Source: Bugula neritina
Lineage: Eukaryota > Animalia > Bryozoa
Direction of reading: 5' to 3'
DNA: 64,000 nucleotides
Assembly (NCBI GenBank): GCA_964035545.1
Contig: OZ037766.1
Span: 24,048,126-24,112,125, forward strand
Part shown: piece by piece, positions 14,100 to 28,500 of the stretch
How positions within the stretch are numbered: position 1 is the stretch's first letter
Layout of the letters: the number at the start of each line of letters is the position of its first letter
Made by a program: the position numbers and the translations under genes
Notes under the pieces: model-generated
The model's input: only the letters and a program-made list of their open reading frames with translations
Database searches by the model: none
What the model was told of the DNA's origin: nothing

Positions 14100-14820
14100 C
14101 AATTATTTTTAGTGTTTACTTTTACTTCTAGTGTTTTAATTTACTGATATTGTTAGGTTTGAGCCTATTGAATTTGCTATTTATAATTGATTATAACTAT
14201 CATTATGATTATGATAATGATGATCATTCATCATTGTGATAATCATAATGATTACAACATAGTCACTTAATGTTACTGATAGTGATATTGATAGTTATAC
14301 TTATACTTAATCATATACTTATGTTATACTATTACTCAGTGGCTGAGTGACTGTGACTATTAGTATTACTATTAGTAGTACCATTAGACTTGGTATAAGT
14401 ATTAGTATACCTATGGCTATAGGCTGTAAGTATAACTCATTAACTGTATCAAGTATAAGTATTACATTTACTTTTAGTTTCACTTTCACTATTAGTATTA
14501 GTATTACAATTTGAACTACTAATAGTAATACTAATAGTAATGCTAATAGTAATACTAATAGTAATACTAATAGTAATAGCATTAGTACTACTAGTACTAC
14601 TACTAGTACTATTAGTATCACACTTACAGTATGAGTATGAGTATCAGTATGAGCATTATTAATCATTATATACTTATAGTTATACTGTTAGTATTAGTAT
14701 TAGTATTACACTATGACTATTACTAATAGTATTAGTAATACTCACTATAAGTATAATACTGTATTATAATTAAAATTAGTATTACTATTAGTATTACCAT
14801 TAGTATTACTATAGTAGTAG
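14100..14820. repeat. Degenerate tri/hexanucleotide tract (AGTATT, AGTAAT, ACTATT, AGTATG)
   Basis: 3-periodic low complexity; source of the spurious 115-aa Leu/Val/Ile ORF. Confidence 0.85.
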
Positions 14821-14829
14821 TTCAAATGG

Positions 14830-15480
14830 TTTAATAAGCAGCTCGAAGTTGGGGGCGCCTGAGTGCAGTAGTTTGCGATTCTCAAGTTTAAAGTTGAGCT
14901 TTTTGAAACCCCTAACTCTACACGTAAGGACTCGAATTACATCACTTATTCACTCCCAACTTGGCACTGCTTATAAAATTGTTCCTTGAATATTATGTTT
15001 ATACCAAGGATGACCTTGACCCGGTGCGAGTTTTCACTGCTATTCTCGAATAAATATCTTGCGTTTGTTTTAAGGGAGTTGCCTGCTTTATTACCATGAC
15101 TCTTTGGTGAGCACAAAAATAACCATGTAGGTAGAAGCTAGTAACTCAGAGCGGATAATTTAAGAGAAGTAAACTCTTAAAACTTATTGACGTCAAATTA
15201 TCTTGAAATAAACAGTCCGAAAATTACCGGGTGATTTTAGTCTGCCGAATAATTTTCATCCAGCAATTTACCTGTTATCTGAATGTGAAGCTTCACACTT
15301 TTGGAAAATCCCACAGCGCAGTTTGCCTTCATCCTTATGTTGATCACTTGATGTAACAGTAAGTGACTAACTTTAAGTTAAACACATAATAACTTAAACT
15401 ACAACAAAACACCTATTGTGTTTAACAAAAGTTCTTCTATAAAACTGGTGAAACTATGTCACCTGGTACTACTAATATTC
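14830..15480. promoter_or_regulatory. Probable divergent promoter between ZNHIT1 and the TPR gene
   Basis: Non-repetitive, CpG-containing segment between head-to-head genes; + strand donor ACA|GTAAGT at 15358/9 fits a 5'UTR exon of the TPR gene; ZNHIT1 has an acceptor just upstream of its ATG. Confidence 0.5.
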
Positions 15481-15499
15481 GCGCAGTAGACAATAGACA

Positions 15500-16600
15500 T
15501 CTTGATGTTGATCAAGTTGATGTTCATGTCGACGTTGATATACTCAATCTCATACACTCAATCTCATACTCATTGGCAGTCATAGTCATACTCATACTTT
15601 AATAGTTTCCTTCCTATGACAATAAGAGACTTTAGAATCTCTGAAGTCACGCCTTCACAACACTCCTCTGTGAAGGTCTCCTTTTCTTTCTCGAGGATCT
15701 AGAGACTCAACACAGATTGAGATACAGATACTCATAGTCATACTATAACACAGTCATACTCTTACGGCTACGCCTACTGACACAGCCATATCCCTACCCA
15801 TACTAATAAAGTCATACTCATAGTATTAGTAATGCCGTAGTAATAGTGATACAGATAGTTATACTTAGTCCCACTTCATACCCATACTCATAGTGATAGT
15901 CATGATGATAATCAATATCATACTGACAATCATAATCACTTTAAGTTTAGGTTTATCATAATCATATTGGTAACACTAACTGTATTCTGCCGATAGGTCT
16001 GATACTCATAGTCACACTGATAGTGATAGTCACACTCACAGTGATACTGAGTAGACATAGCGGTAGTGATTGCGTGTACTTAGAATGATAATCTGATTAT
16101 TATAATAATGATAATCATAATGTTACTCTAAATCGTTATCATAATCACGTTATCATAATGATACTGATATGGATTATCAATTCTAGTATCAGTATGTATG
16201 ATTTGCTCTCATTAGTAAGTTGATAATGAATGAGAATCATGCTGATACTTGTACTGATATATTAGTTGATACTGATATTCCTGCTGATACTATCTCAGTC
16301 ATACACATTATAATACAGTGATACTCACAGCAATAGCCATATTAATACTGAATCTGATACTCAATCTCAGTTCCCATGATAATGATACTCATGCTCTGTC
16401 TCACAGTGATAGTTCTTATGATAGATTATAGAATTACATCTACTCATAATGATATTGTAAGGATAATTCTAAAATTTAAGTCTACAGGAAAATTATGAAG
16501 TTAGTATCAATGTGGCCATGGTGATAATGCCAATTAACTCAATCACCTTTACAATGCCAATGTGTATGACTGACATATATCAGCTCATAAAATGCTAATA
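15500..16600. repeat. Degenerate hexamer tract (AGTCAT, ACTCAT, AGTGAT, ACTGAT, AATCAT)
   Basis: 3/6-periodic low complexity. Confidence 0.8.
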
Positions 16601-17685
16601 GTTTCGATTAAATATTTAGCTTTTAATAGTTACTGCTAAGTTCTAAATTGTTACTGCAAGGTAAAGGTGTTACTCAGTTCAACCATCATGTTGCTGTCTT
16701 GGTTTTTTCTCTGATACAATAGCCCTTGAAATTTATTACATACTCAAAATCAATTAATACCATCAATAAATTGTGTACTATTACTATTTTTGAACCTTCT
16801 ACAATATCAAATATTAAAATTGTATTCATGGAATCAGTACTAGAATAAACAGTTACTACATTGATATCAATTGTTTATCGCAGTAAAAAGTTGAATCTTT
16901 ATGATGGTGATATTTATTAGTTACTAATCACTAAATGCCTGGCTGTTGATTAGATTATAACAAATGTTTGCTGATCTTGTATCGGCCATGCAACTCATGA
17001 CCAAGGGCAAACCATTTTGACTTTCACTTTTATACCAAAATTTTCCATTAAATTTTTGCTTTTGTGGTTATTCATGTTTTTAATGCTTATGTCTAAAAGG
17101 TAGTTCACCTTAATTTTGTACAGTTGTACAGTTCTCGTGCATGTCCTAGCTAGTCATGGTATTACTTACAGATGTATTTCTTTTTACAATATGTTTACAA
17201 TACCAAATCAAGTTCCTTGAGGTAATATATCTTGAAATATTATGCAGTTTAATAATGAGCTGTGAATTTTTCTTGGTATTTTTATGCAGAGTATTGGATG
17301 TTTAAATTTGAATGATAAAGTTATTCTTTTTAACGGTGACAATTTATAAATTGATTTTGAACTAAAAAGCAACCAATTTTTATTATTTTTAGCCGAAAGT
17401 TAAAATGGTCAATATTATATTTGAAAGATTATTTTTTCTTGTTTTCGTTTAAATGCTTGCTAAGCATAAAAGGGTCTTATTGGTATCATTTCTGTAACAT
17501 ACTGTTGAATTCACTACATTTACTAATCTCTTAAAAACATTTTTATTTAGTGGGCTGACTGTTGTTATGTATATGTGTTTTAGTGATGTCACTTACCACT
17601 AACTTTTGGCATTGTAGATTTTCACAGAAAACATCTAGATGAGTTTTGAAGATATGTTTTATGTAAATCTTTAATCTACATCAGA

Positions 17686-20600
17686 ATGGTAAGCAATGTT
17701 AATATTTCTTCAGTATATCAAATTTTAGCAAAATCATCTTTTACAACTTTGGGGATTTGATGTTACATTCAAAGCTTTACAGCTGCTAGTGTGATGGTAA
17801 CGTGATATTGCCTCTTCCACAAAATTCAGTGATGAATATTATATTAATATTTTATGTTTGCCTGAAATAATGAAAAGAATCTTTAAAGTGTATTATCTAG
17901 TTGTGTTAAAATGTTACGAGATGATGTTGTTATGGTTTTGTGAGAATAACCTGAAAGTATAATTATTGGTATATATATTTCTAAAAATTATGAAACTGCA
18001 AAATATAAATTGATATTTTGCTGAACTACATGGCAGCATTGTTGCAAAGTTTAATACTCACAGCTGACACCATGTCTAATGTTGCAATACTTATGTATTG
18101 TAAAGTTCTATAATATGCCTATTGTAACATTATAATATGTGATTAGCAATCAGTCATCCAATTGTTTTGTTAAATTTTATTTGATAGAAAATAGTACATG
18201 TATTATTTTTCATTTTAATGATTGCCAACATACTGTGTTGCTTTGTTCTTTGTCAGCTAATTATTTGGTTTGGAAATTGAGTTTATTAGCTTCAATAACT
18301 GAAAGTTTGTATTTCAACTAATGGTAGCACGATATTTTTGGAGAACTTTGAATCTATTATTATTGCATATTGGTAAATTATGTGTTGTTAAAATAAGAAA
18401 TACTGGAGTAGATCGATTTTGTTTAATAATAATGCTAAATATCTACTCACACATATGTTGTATATGTTTGTTGTAGAGTAGACAACCCTGGAGCACAAGT
18501 AAGTATTTATAAATTACTACCTCATGTTATTGCAAGCAAAACACAGTACAGCAAAACGCTACTATAACTGCCTTAATTAAATGGTCAAAATCCAACTGAT
18601 ATATGTAAAAAAAAATAATTTTTTTTAAATTTTTTTATTTCTTTTTCTAATGTCATCTATTAAATATATTTTTAGATTCTAACTAATGTTTCAACTCATT
18701 CTTTTGTTTATATCACCATAATGTAAAATTTATATAACAAGCACCGGCATGAGACCTGGAAGCTAGCAAAGTGTTTGAAAACTCTAGATGGATGGCCCAT
18801 TGATTTCATTGGATTGAAAACACTTTTCTTTATCAATTTTGTACCTGAAGTTTTAGTCTGAAATAATGTTTTGGGTGTTTTAAATGCTTAATTTAGTTTT
18901 ATTTTGAAGTAAATTTGTTTCTTCAATTTTTTTTATCAAATGAATTTTCCAATAAAAATATTTGGGTATACTCGTGTTTTAAATACTTTAAGTTTTGTGC
19001 TATTTATTGCTATATATAATGTTATGATTGCAATATGCATTGTCTAATAATTGGCATAATGTGATAAATTATAGTAGGTATACTATCTAAAACAGTCAAA
19101 CTGTATTGAAATAATATGAGAGCTAAATATTAGTAATTTTTATGCTAAGCATAGAAAATAGTTTTTGCTGCATAATTTTTACCAGCTTTTAATTTTCTAT
19201 TTTGCACTTAAATTTAGACTGAACTTTATCAGCATCCTCTATCAGTTTTTACTTAAATTTGTTTGAACAAACAAAAATTTTTGTAAATATTTTTTTCTAA
19301 AAGGGTGCTGGATGTCAATACACAGTTGTTATTAAAGACAATATTGGTATTTTTATGAAAGACTTTTAATAGACATTTTAATATGCTGGGTAACTTTTTT
19401 ATAACTAATGTATAGGACATTTCTTTTGCACAAAACATATAAATCAATGTTTCAATAATTCACTCTTTTTATAATTCTACAGGCTGCCACATAAACAATA
19501 CAGCCATTAGTTGTGCACAGAAAATAGTTCCAATGTTGATGATAAAGTGATGTTTGGTCTTTACATGCAAAGTATGCCATTCAAAGCAAACTTTTTGACA
19601 TAAAACTCTTTTGTAATATTTTTTTCCCTGTAAAAATTGAAGCACTCAGGTATGGTTTCTTGGTAAGTGCTGCTTTGGTGAAAGTATGTCCGATTTTCAA
19701 TTTTACACACAAAAAAAACAAAACATTCATATTTGAGGCTTTTTGGCACCATAGTTGAACTTGAAATGTGAGGTAAAGCTTTTTTATACACAAAATACCA
19801 CTAAGTGGCAGATTTGTTTTGACTTACTTTATTTGTTGTAGATAGTGCTAGGACAGTCAGGTAAGTGTATCTTATTGCATCGCGTGTGACTGTAACTATT
19901 GCGGCCAAATTTTACTTTGTTAGTGAATGTTCTCCGCAACTTGTATAGCAATAATTGTGAGTATAATATGTTGGTCATAAGCAATTGGCTCAGTGATGAT
20001 AGCATTCACCTTTCTGATTGTTTTAAGACAACCATTTAGATTTGTAAATGCTTTCAGATTTGAAGCTAAAAAATGTTGTTATCGTGATGTTATATTTTGA
20101 CTATTATGATGTGCTTGCCGGGCAGTTTTGCAAACCTGTAAAAAGCTAACAAATGTTTTTTTCTGATTGAAAGTAAATAATCAAGTATAGTCTCACAAAA
20201 CTTCACCTGCATAAATATAAACTTTGTTATTTATTTTTTGCTTTGCAGTAATAGTGAAATCATTCAAGCAGAAGATGCTCTTACCATCTACCGTCCTGAA
20301 AGTGTTCTTAATTCACGTGAGTTTTCAATGCTTAACAAAAAATATTCGCTGAAACGAAACACAAAGTGTTTTATGCATGTGGCATTTATCATTGGTTATT
20401 AAATTTTCTGTTATGGTGTATAGCATTTCATCAGTTTTAACATAAAATGTTATAGACCACAATCTCATGTTTCTGTTTTACTTATAAATATATTTTACAA
20501 ATCCATGTGCCCAAAATAGATCGTTTTATACTTCACAAGCACAACATGCACTCAGCTGTTATATTGTTTTGCTCACGTTCTCACTTATCTCCTCTCCGTC

Positions 20601-23600
20601 CTGTTTGGGTTCTAGTTAATTACTCAGTTTGTGTTATGTAATAAGCTAAATTTATATACACGATTTGTTTGTTTTTTGTAGGTATTCAAACTCAAATGTA
20701 AGTATTTGCTAGACTTTCCTCAGTATCTACAGTCATGAATCAGTCTAGTCACTCTAGCTCATTACTTGAGTAAGTACAGCAAGATATAGTAGCTGCTTGT
20801 ACTACATTAAAGGAAAGACAACTTTAAATAACATCTTTATAAAAGGAATGTTATGTATAATTTGTTGTTTCATCAAGTTACATATGTGTTGTTTAGAATG
20901 CGTGTGACTCCTGAAGAGGATGGAGAATCAGTCGTACGCCGTTCTTCTGCCGGCCGTTCTTTCAACGGTGTGTGTTCCCTTCATGCAAAATATACTTTTC
21001 AATAACTTATGAAATAATTTTATATCTTCTACCACATGTCGACTTGAGAAAACGGTATTGAAAATTTTTTTGATATGTAATTGTAGTTGTGAATGACATG
21101 TTTTGAGAGTAATTTTGACTTGTGCCTAAAATATCTTGCCAACCAACAACCATTTTCGCTCTCAAATAAGTCTCAACTGCCAGGGTACCAGCACCATGCA
21201 TACTGATATTTAAATTTCTGTTGCCAATGCTTTTTTGTATGGTTTGATGAAAAAGCTATTTATTTATTTCTGTCTGCATGTACATCATAAGTGATGATTG
21301 CATGATGATGATGTAAGCACTAATACTGCTAATACCGCTGTTGGAATGTACTTGGTCTTAGTTTTGCATTTACATATTCCATGTTTTTTTATCTTTTGTT
21401 AGGTAATCGAAGTCACCAACCATCGCTAGAACTTACTGAACTACTGATGGTAAGTCTTATAATGTCTTCACTTCTATATTTTTTTTAATAAATAAATTTA
21501 ATTGCAAATTGGAACGAAACCGAATCAAATGATTTAACAGGCACCATTTGTAAATGACAGTTTCTAAGTTACAAGATAAAAGGTTCAATTAGTTTTTTAA
21601 TAACTACAATGGTTGCTTTGCAGTTGCAAGTTGAAACTGCATTTGTTTATGTTTTAGAGTTTGAAAGATCCAAGCTTGCATGCAGACCCAATCTCCTTTG
21701 CTCCGGTAATGAGTTGTAAGAATTATTTTTGAAGTTGTACCCTCACGTCTTGATCACACACATATGCAGATGTGCAGTATTATGTTCATAACCTTCACGT
21801 CTGCGGATGCATCCTGTTAGTTATCGTGTTGACTTCTCTACACATCTTGTTTTGTAGCAAAATTTATGTTGACATCTCCAAGTCTAAATATTAAAAATAT
21901 TATTTGCTAGCTGTGTGGTCCTAACATACGATACTCTTTTAATAAAAATTTAATTTTTTTCTTTTAAAATATAGGCTAATATTGCCATAGTATTATATAT
22001 TGGATTTTTATGTACTCCTGTAGTTTTGTAATGGTATGGTCATGTTTTAGGATAGTCTAGATGCTCAGATAATAGGCCGGAATGAAGATCAATTGAGTCT
22101 TGGCACAGTCGGTTGTCTTAATGAAAATTTGTCTACAAGCCCATCTAACATGCCAACAATGGTTTGCCGGCCTATTGCCTCCAATATGCCTGCACACCCT
22201 ATCCCTGCACCTCGATGTTTACCATCACGTCAAATGGAATTTGGTCAACGAATGCAAAGCACGCTTCCTGGTATTCCAGAGAATGCATCGCATCGTCTCA
22301 ATCCCATTGCAGTGCAGTCTCAAAGCATATCACCTTCTGCTGGCTCCATCGCACCACAGTTGCCACCTGTGGCACCACGCAGGCTCAGTACCATTTCTCC
22401 TTCTAACCAAGACACTTCATCATCTGATACAGTAACAGGTATCTCCTCGCCATTAGATAGACAATCAGGATCTACTTTAACCAGTCAGACCGTAGGTGCA
22501 CAGAAAAATTTAGTACCACCCACTCCTTTATACAATCCACAACATCTTCCCAATGTCTCGCTGCCACAAAACTCTCCGACAGCATCACAAACTCGAAATA
22601 CCTCGAATAGCGGTGCAGTTGTAACCAACCGGCATCATCAAACCATTGCTGCTAATCCAACAGCACCAAATATGTCAAGGTCAACAAGTGTTCCTGGGGT
22701 ATCAAGGTCAACAAGTGTTCCCGGGGTATCAAGGTCAACAGGTGTTCCCGAGGTGTCAAGGTCGGCACAAACTCTACCGGTGTCAAGATCAACAAGTGCT
22801 CCTAAGGAGGTGAATATTTTATTTTGTGCTAGCAACTGTTGGAAGATAACTTTGATATGCCTAAAGTTCTATTGGTTATTGAGAAGATTTAGGTTTTGTG
22901 GCACTTTTTATATTATTAGGAAGCTATTTTATATTGTGTTAAATAACGTTATAAAATTTCTCAAAATCAATCAAAAGTCCCCCAAAATGTGTCACTTAGC
23001 CTTGCGTAATTGAAAAGACCCTTTCGCCCTCTTGTAACCTGTAGCCTATAAACATCTTTGTGATAGTGAAATTTAAAAGTCTTCAGCTCTCAAATGATAT
23101 AGTAAATGTTAGGTGATAAAAACTATTGAGATAAATTTCCTTCAGAAATAATTTTACCAGGTATGAATATAGAACAAGGGATTAGAACTATTAGAACCCT
23201 GATTACTATAATAAAATGTGGTGTAATGACCTAGTTTTTCTTCAAACACTCAGTTTATAAATCTGTATCCCATTATTTCTAATCTAGGCAGCCAAAGTCT
23301 TGTAAAAGTTTCTGTAACCTAATTTCATATAGCTAAGAAACAGGACAAAATTGTGTAAAATAAATACTTCTATTATTCAAACATAGGAAGGAATCCATAG
23401 GAGTCGGGCCAATTTTTTTGCAGACTTGCCTCCCATAACTTACTGTATGCGATTCAAATACGTCCTTTACTCATGAATAATGGGATCCCAGGTTCAAGTA
23501 TCCATAGCATAAGCTTTTCTCTAAACTAATTGTATGAAGTTCCGAATGTGAACAGTGTACTAGATGAAAATTATATCATTGTCTTGTCCCACTCATTTGT

Positions 23601-25449
23601 TATTCACAGTGTTCTTGGTTTATAAAGTCTTTAAAGTGAAATTAAAAAAAAAATTAAAATTTAGTTACAATTACTGTTGCTTAAATAAATTATTGTGAAT
23701 GATTTTCTTCTACTGCAATTTCAGTTACACGCTTTTACACCACCATGAAATTTACATGTAGCTGGAGTAACAGGGAAGCTTTAGTAGAGCTTCAGTTTAC
23801 CATTTCAAATGTTTGTTTGAGGCACACGTCTAAAATTCCATGATAATATAACTTCTTTTACTGTATATCTCATCAAACAAAAATTCCTCCATTCCTACCT
23901 TGAGATTTAGCGCGTAGCTTTGTAACTTGACTATTCAGACTGATATAACGGCTACTATTCCATAGGTTGGCTCTACTGCTGCAAGGGAAGAACGTCAGCT
24001 TCATGAGTTGATGTCAGCTGCCTCGATGTTTTCTGCTGGCAGCAGTATGGAGGAGGAGGTCTGCTACTTATCTTTTGCATTTAATTTTTATATTGAGTCA
24101 AGTACTTCTCAATTTCTGCGAAAGTTTAATTGTCTGAAATACCACGCAAATCTACACTGTCTATGACTGTTCAAGTTTTATTTCTACAAGGATTAATTCC
24201 TACTTGCTTTCAAAGCAATCTTTTGAGAATTTATAGCATTTTAGCTTATTTAAAGCATACTGCAATATATATGTGTGTGCATGCGTGTGTAAACTGCACT
24301 GATTGCCAGGATCATGATATTGCCAGCCGAAAGGATATTTTTCAAATTGGTTTTCAATTTACCCGATGCCCGATAGACCACACATTTACCAATTCCTAAT
24401 TGCAATTTTATAAATTAGAGGTCGAGATCAGAAAAAATAACTGGTAATCAGTGGAGTTGGCTTGTAGTTTTCTCTGTTGTACCCCCCCCCCCTTCTGTAG
24501 TTAAAAAATTATAATAATTGTTATAAGTATTTATAGTATTAGATTGCACTGGCTTAGCTACAGTATGCTTACACTACAGTATGTTACTGTGCATATTTTA
24601 CCGAATATATCTTTTGTCGTGTTTTCCTAATCAAAGCATTGAACTGGTTTCTCTGTGTATGTGACATTTAATTTTTTAATAATGAAATTTATGTTTAGAA
24701 AGTTTAAAGCTACGTCTAATGTTGCTGAGTTAAATATGTCAGATAAATTCAACTTTAGTGTGAAATTCTAGGCAGCAATGAAGGAGTTCAGGTTAAAGTT
24801 TAGAATGGCTGAATTAAAAGAAAAAAGTGATAAACTAGAAGAAGCGCTGGAAGAATACACATGGGCACTTTACTATGAGTGAGTCTGTTATACAGATAAG
24901 TGAAATATTACAGTTCAACTCTATTATAGTGTCTAACACTGAGCACTAACTTAACAAGCTGTTTTCTAGGATGAGTTGTTTGAAAAGTCAAAGTGAATAT
25001 TAAACTGCTGAAAATAGATAATATTGTGATTTGACTGGTTTGGTGGTAGCACACTTGTTTTACTAGTCTAATTTACTAATTTTAAAACACCTATGGTGCT
25101 GCATCAGACATCTGTTTTATGTACACTATGTTTTACGAGCTTCGTGTAGGCGGAGCAGTTCAGTTTTACTGTAATTGAGTTGGTTTTATATATTAGCTGA
25201 GCACAAATGCTTTATTCATTTTTGTACTAACATATAACCCAAACTTGTGTTTCTCCTGAAGCATGTAGCAAATTATTTATTTTATATTCATAAAATCTAT
25301 ATTGCTTTAAAACATACGAGTGTGTATATGAGTATTATTGCATGTAAATGTATGTATCTTATATTTTTGAAATGTAGTCTTTTGTTGTGAACAGATATCA
25401 TAGTGTGGTGAATAATTATTATGTCATTATTATTAATCATGAAGTGTGA

Positions 25450-25523
<74 letters not shown>

Positions 25524-28500
25524 CATGAGTATATATATGGGTGATCTTATATAATATATATGTCACAGTTTCAACAATTCTGTTGTCGGTATTTAGGGTG
25601 CAGGCTCGTGGTGAACACCATGTGGAGATAGCAAAAACCCATAAGATCATTGCCAGGGTAAGCATTCACTATACTGAGAGTTTTTTTATAAAAAATCGCT
25701 GTGTTAATTTGTTTAATTTGTCAATCATGTAAGTATTTTAAACATTAATTGTCTAGGAAAACCTTTTCTCAAATTGTAATTTCACAAAAACATTAGGAAA
25801 CAGATAAACTGCACAATCGTTATGTTACACATACATGCATACATATATACATACACATATACAAACTCGTATGTATAGTATAGTATAAAAATAATGAATT
25901 ATTATATTATGCTGCTATGGTTTTTAAAACCAAAATAGCAAGCCACATTAGGGTGCATGTAAATAGTATAGTCGTTTAGTTAGGTTTTGTAGAAACAATA
26001 TTTCAACTGATTTTATTAGTGTTTTTTGTAATTATTCACACTATTTAGCTGTAGTTATTTCTAAATTGCAATTGAATAATTTGATTTTAGTTCTTTTGTT
26101 TATTTTGGTTTATTTTCATCAATGGATTTATTAAAAGACTAGGTGACTAGCAGAGCTAATGGAAGCTCAAGCTCAGACTGATCATCAGTTTAGTAGTTTA
26201 TCATCTGCCTGTCTTGAAGACAACACCTTGTATGCTTTCTTTGTGGAATTTCATCGAGCTCAATACATTTTTCCTGCTTCTACTCTAGCATCAATACCCT
26301 TGTAATCATCTAGTTGATCAGTTTTATAACTTTTGTCTGATTGGTTGATTTCAGTTGTGTTTGAAAGCGAATAAATACAAGCAAGCGGAAGAGCATTTAC
26401 TTCAGGCTCTAAAAATCTACAGAACATGTACGACTCAAATGGCAGACAGTGATGCAATGTGGAATACTCATGACTTACTTGCTCAGACGTACATGCATTT
26501 AGGCAAGAAGGATCTGGAGGTGGAACATTACCAGAGAGCTATAGAGATTTTGTCTAACTCTACTGACCTTCCACCAGAGGTGAAATCTTAAAGACTCATT
26601 GATTACAATTTTTTGCGGTTCACATGTTGTTATTAGTTGTCAATACTAGGTGATTTTACACTGATGGTATATGTACAGTGCTGGGCATATTTTAAACTCA
26701 ATTTGATGTTTTAAGTTCTTAAAAGCTAGCTTGGTTTTATCAAGTATTGTTTAATGCTATAGTAGAAACACTATCAAAGTCCCCCCCCCCCCACACATAA
26801 GTTAAACCGAATAATGCAGTTTAGACCAAATCATTTTTTAGTACTTCACTACTTTTGAGTACCGATCATTGATGTACTTGTATTTTTTATGCATGGTTAA
26901 TGTTTGTTGAAACTCACTCATCAAACTTCATCAATTAATTATCTATTATGTGTTTACATGACTTGCTGTGTTAAAACAGTTTCAAGTTTTATTTTAAATA
27001 AGCTTGTTATTGTTTTAACCACACACAATTGTACAAAAAATTAATTTGCTCTGTTTTAGTGGTTTAGCAAAAATGTTAATTTCACTGTAATTAAAAGTTC
27101 AAAGTTTCTGTAGTATATCTCATATTTATGACTAACAACCAGTTAAATATACTAGGGGACTGGTATTTGATCAGGTTTGTTAGTATCTTAGGTATTTCTA
27201 ATACTTACTTCACACTATTCAATTTTTGTCTATATCTGTTTTTTGCTAGAGATTGGCTCACATGCATAACAACATAGGAGTGACGCTGCATAAGCTAAAC
27301 AGGCATGATGAGTCCCAGCTACACTTGGAGAAATCAAAGGAAATGATGACTCTAATACATGGAAACACTGATAACGAGGATATGGCAAAGGTTGGTTCAC
27401 CTCCACATTAGAATTTGATTTAAGTTTCTGCTCTCACACGATAACTTTAAACACTTGTTGGATTGAATATCAGTTGAACAGAGCAAGTAAACATTATTTC
27501 ATGCTTTTCTTTCAATAGTTTTATCAAAATGTTTGTTTGTTGATCGAGTATGATTGAATAATGCTTTAATAGTCCTGATGCAAATCAATTACGTTGTGAT
27601 GAAATACAAATGTTGGAGAAGATGTGGTATATATGGGACATTATTGGCATGTGTAAGGAGATTAAAATTGGATGGTTTTGAATTTACCAGTATCTACCTC
27701 CAAAGTTATATAATTTATGCTTGCTTTATTTTTTACATCTTCCATATTTAAAGTTGCATACATCTTATCTGATTGACTAGTTGATAGAAACTATCAGTTA
27801 GTAAACCAACGGTTTGCATCTCTAGTCTGATTGCATCAGCCTCTCCAATTCACATTCTACTGTAGGTTCACAAGAGTCTGGGTGACCTATATAAAGATTT
27901 AGGTCGCTGGGATAAGGCTGCGTCTGAGTACACGTCCTTTCTGAAAGTGTACAGTAAACCTGCTATGGCTGCAGTTGGTCAAGTCCTCAGTGCACCTGTT
28001 CACAAGGCACTCGCTGAAATTCATGAGATCAAAGGGGTCAGTTAGTTATCATTATTTTTAATGTGACTGCATTTTAATTAAAATTGAAAAACTCATGACC
28101 ATGCCTATTTATTTTGTATGGTGTAACAAATATGATTTTTTTGAGATTCAACTAGTTTAATCGTTCAAGATTAGAAATTTATGTGGTGTGTGCTACTTTT
28201 TTAAAAATATGTTTTTTGCTTGGTTGGCAAAAGTTTTCATGCTCTATGCTATTATGTAATAGTTTCAGGAAGAAAACGATTCCCATTATTCCGAGCTCAT
28301 ATTATTTCATTGTAGGAATTATTTTACTCAGTTTGTGTTGTAGAACTTAAGCAAAGCTCGTGAGCATACCAGGCTAAGCGAACAGGGCCAGGAGCAATTG
28401 AATAAACCGGAAAATACGGAACTATTGAATAGTAGGTTACATCATGTGACTAATAGTAGGTTTTGTCATGTGATTAATAGTAGGTTTTGTCATGTGACTA

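Noticed and set aside
14319-14666. 115-aa hydrophobic 'membrane protein' ORF
   Set aside because: Translation of a low-complexity trinucleotide tract
19482-19510. Extra microexon of the TPR gene after TTCTACAG
   Set aside because: No convincing donor, and the flanking exons already join in frame without it
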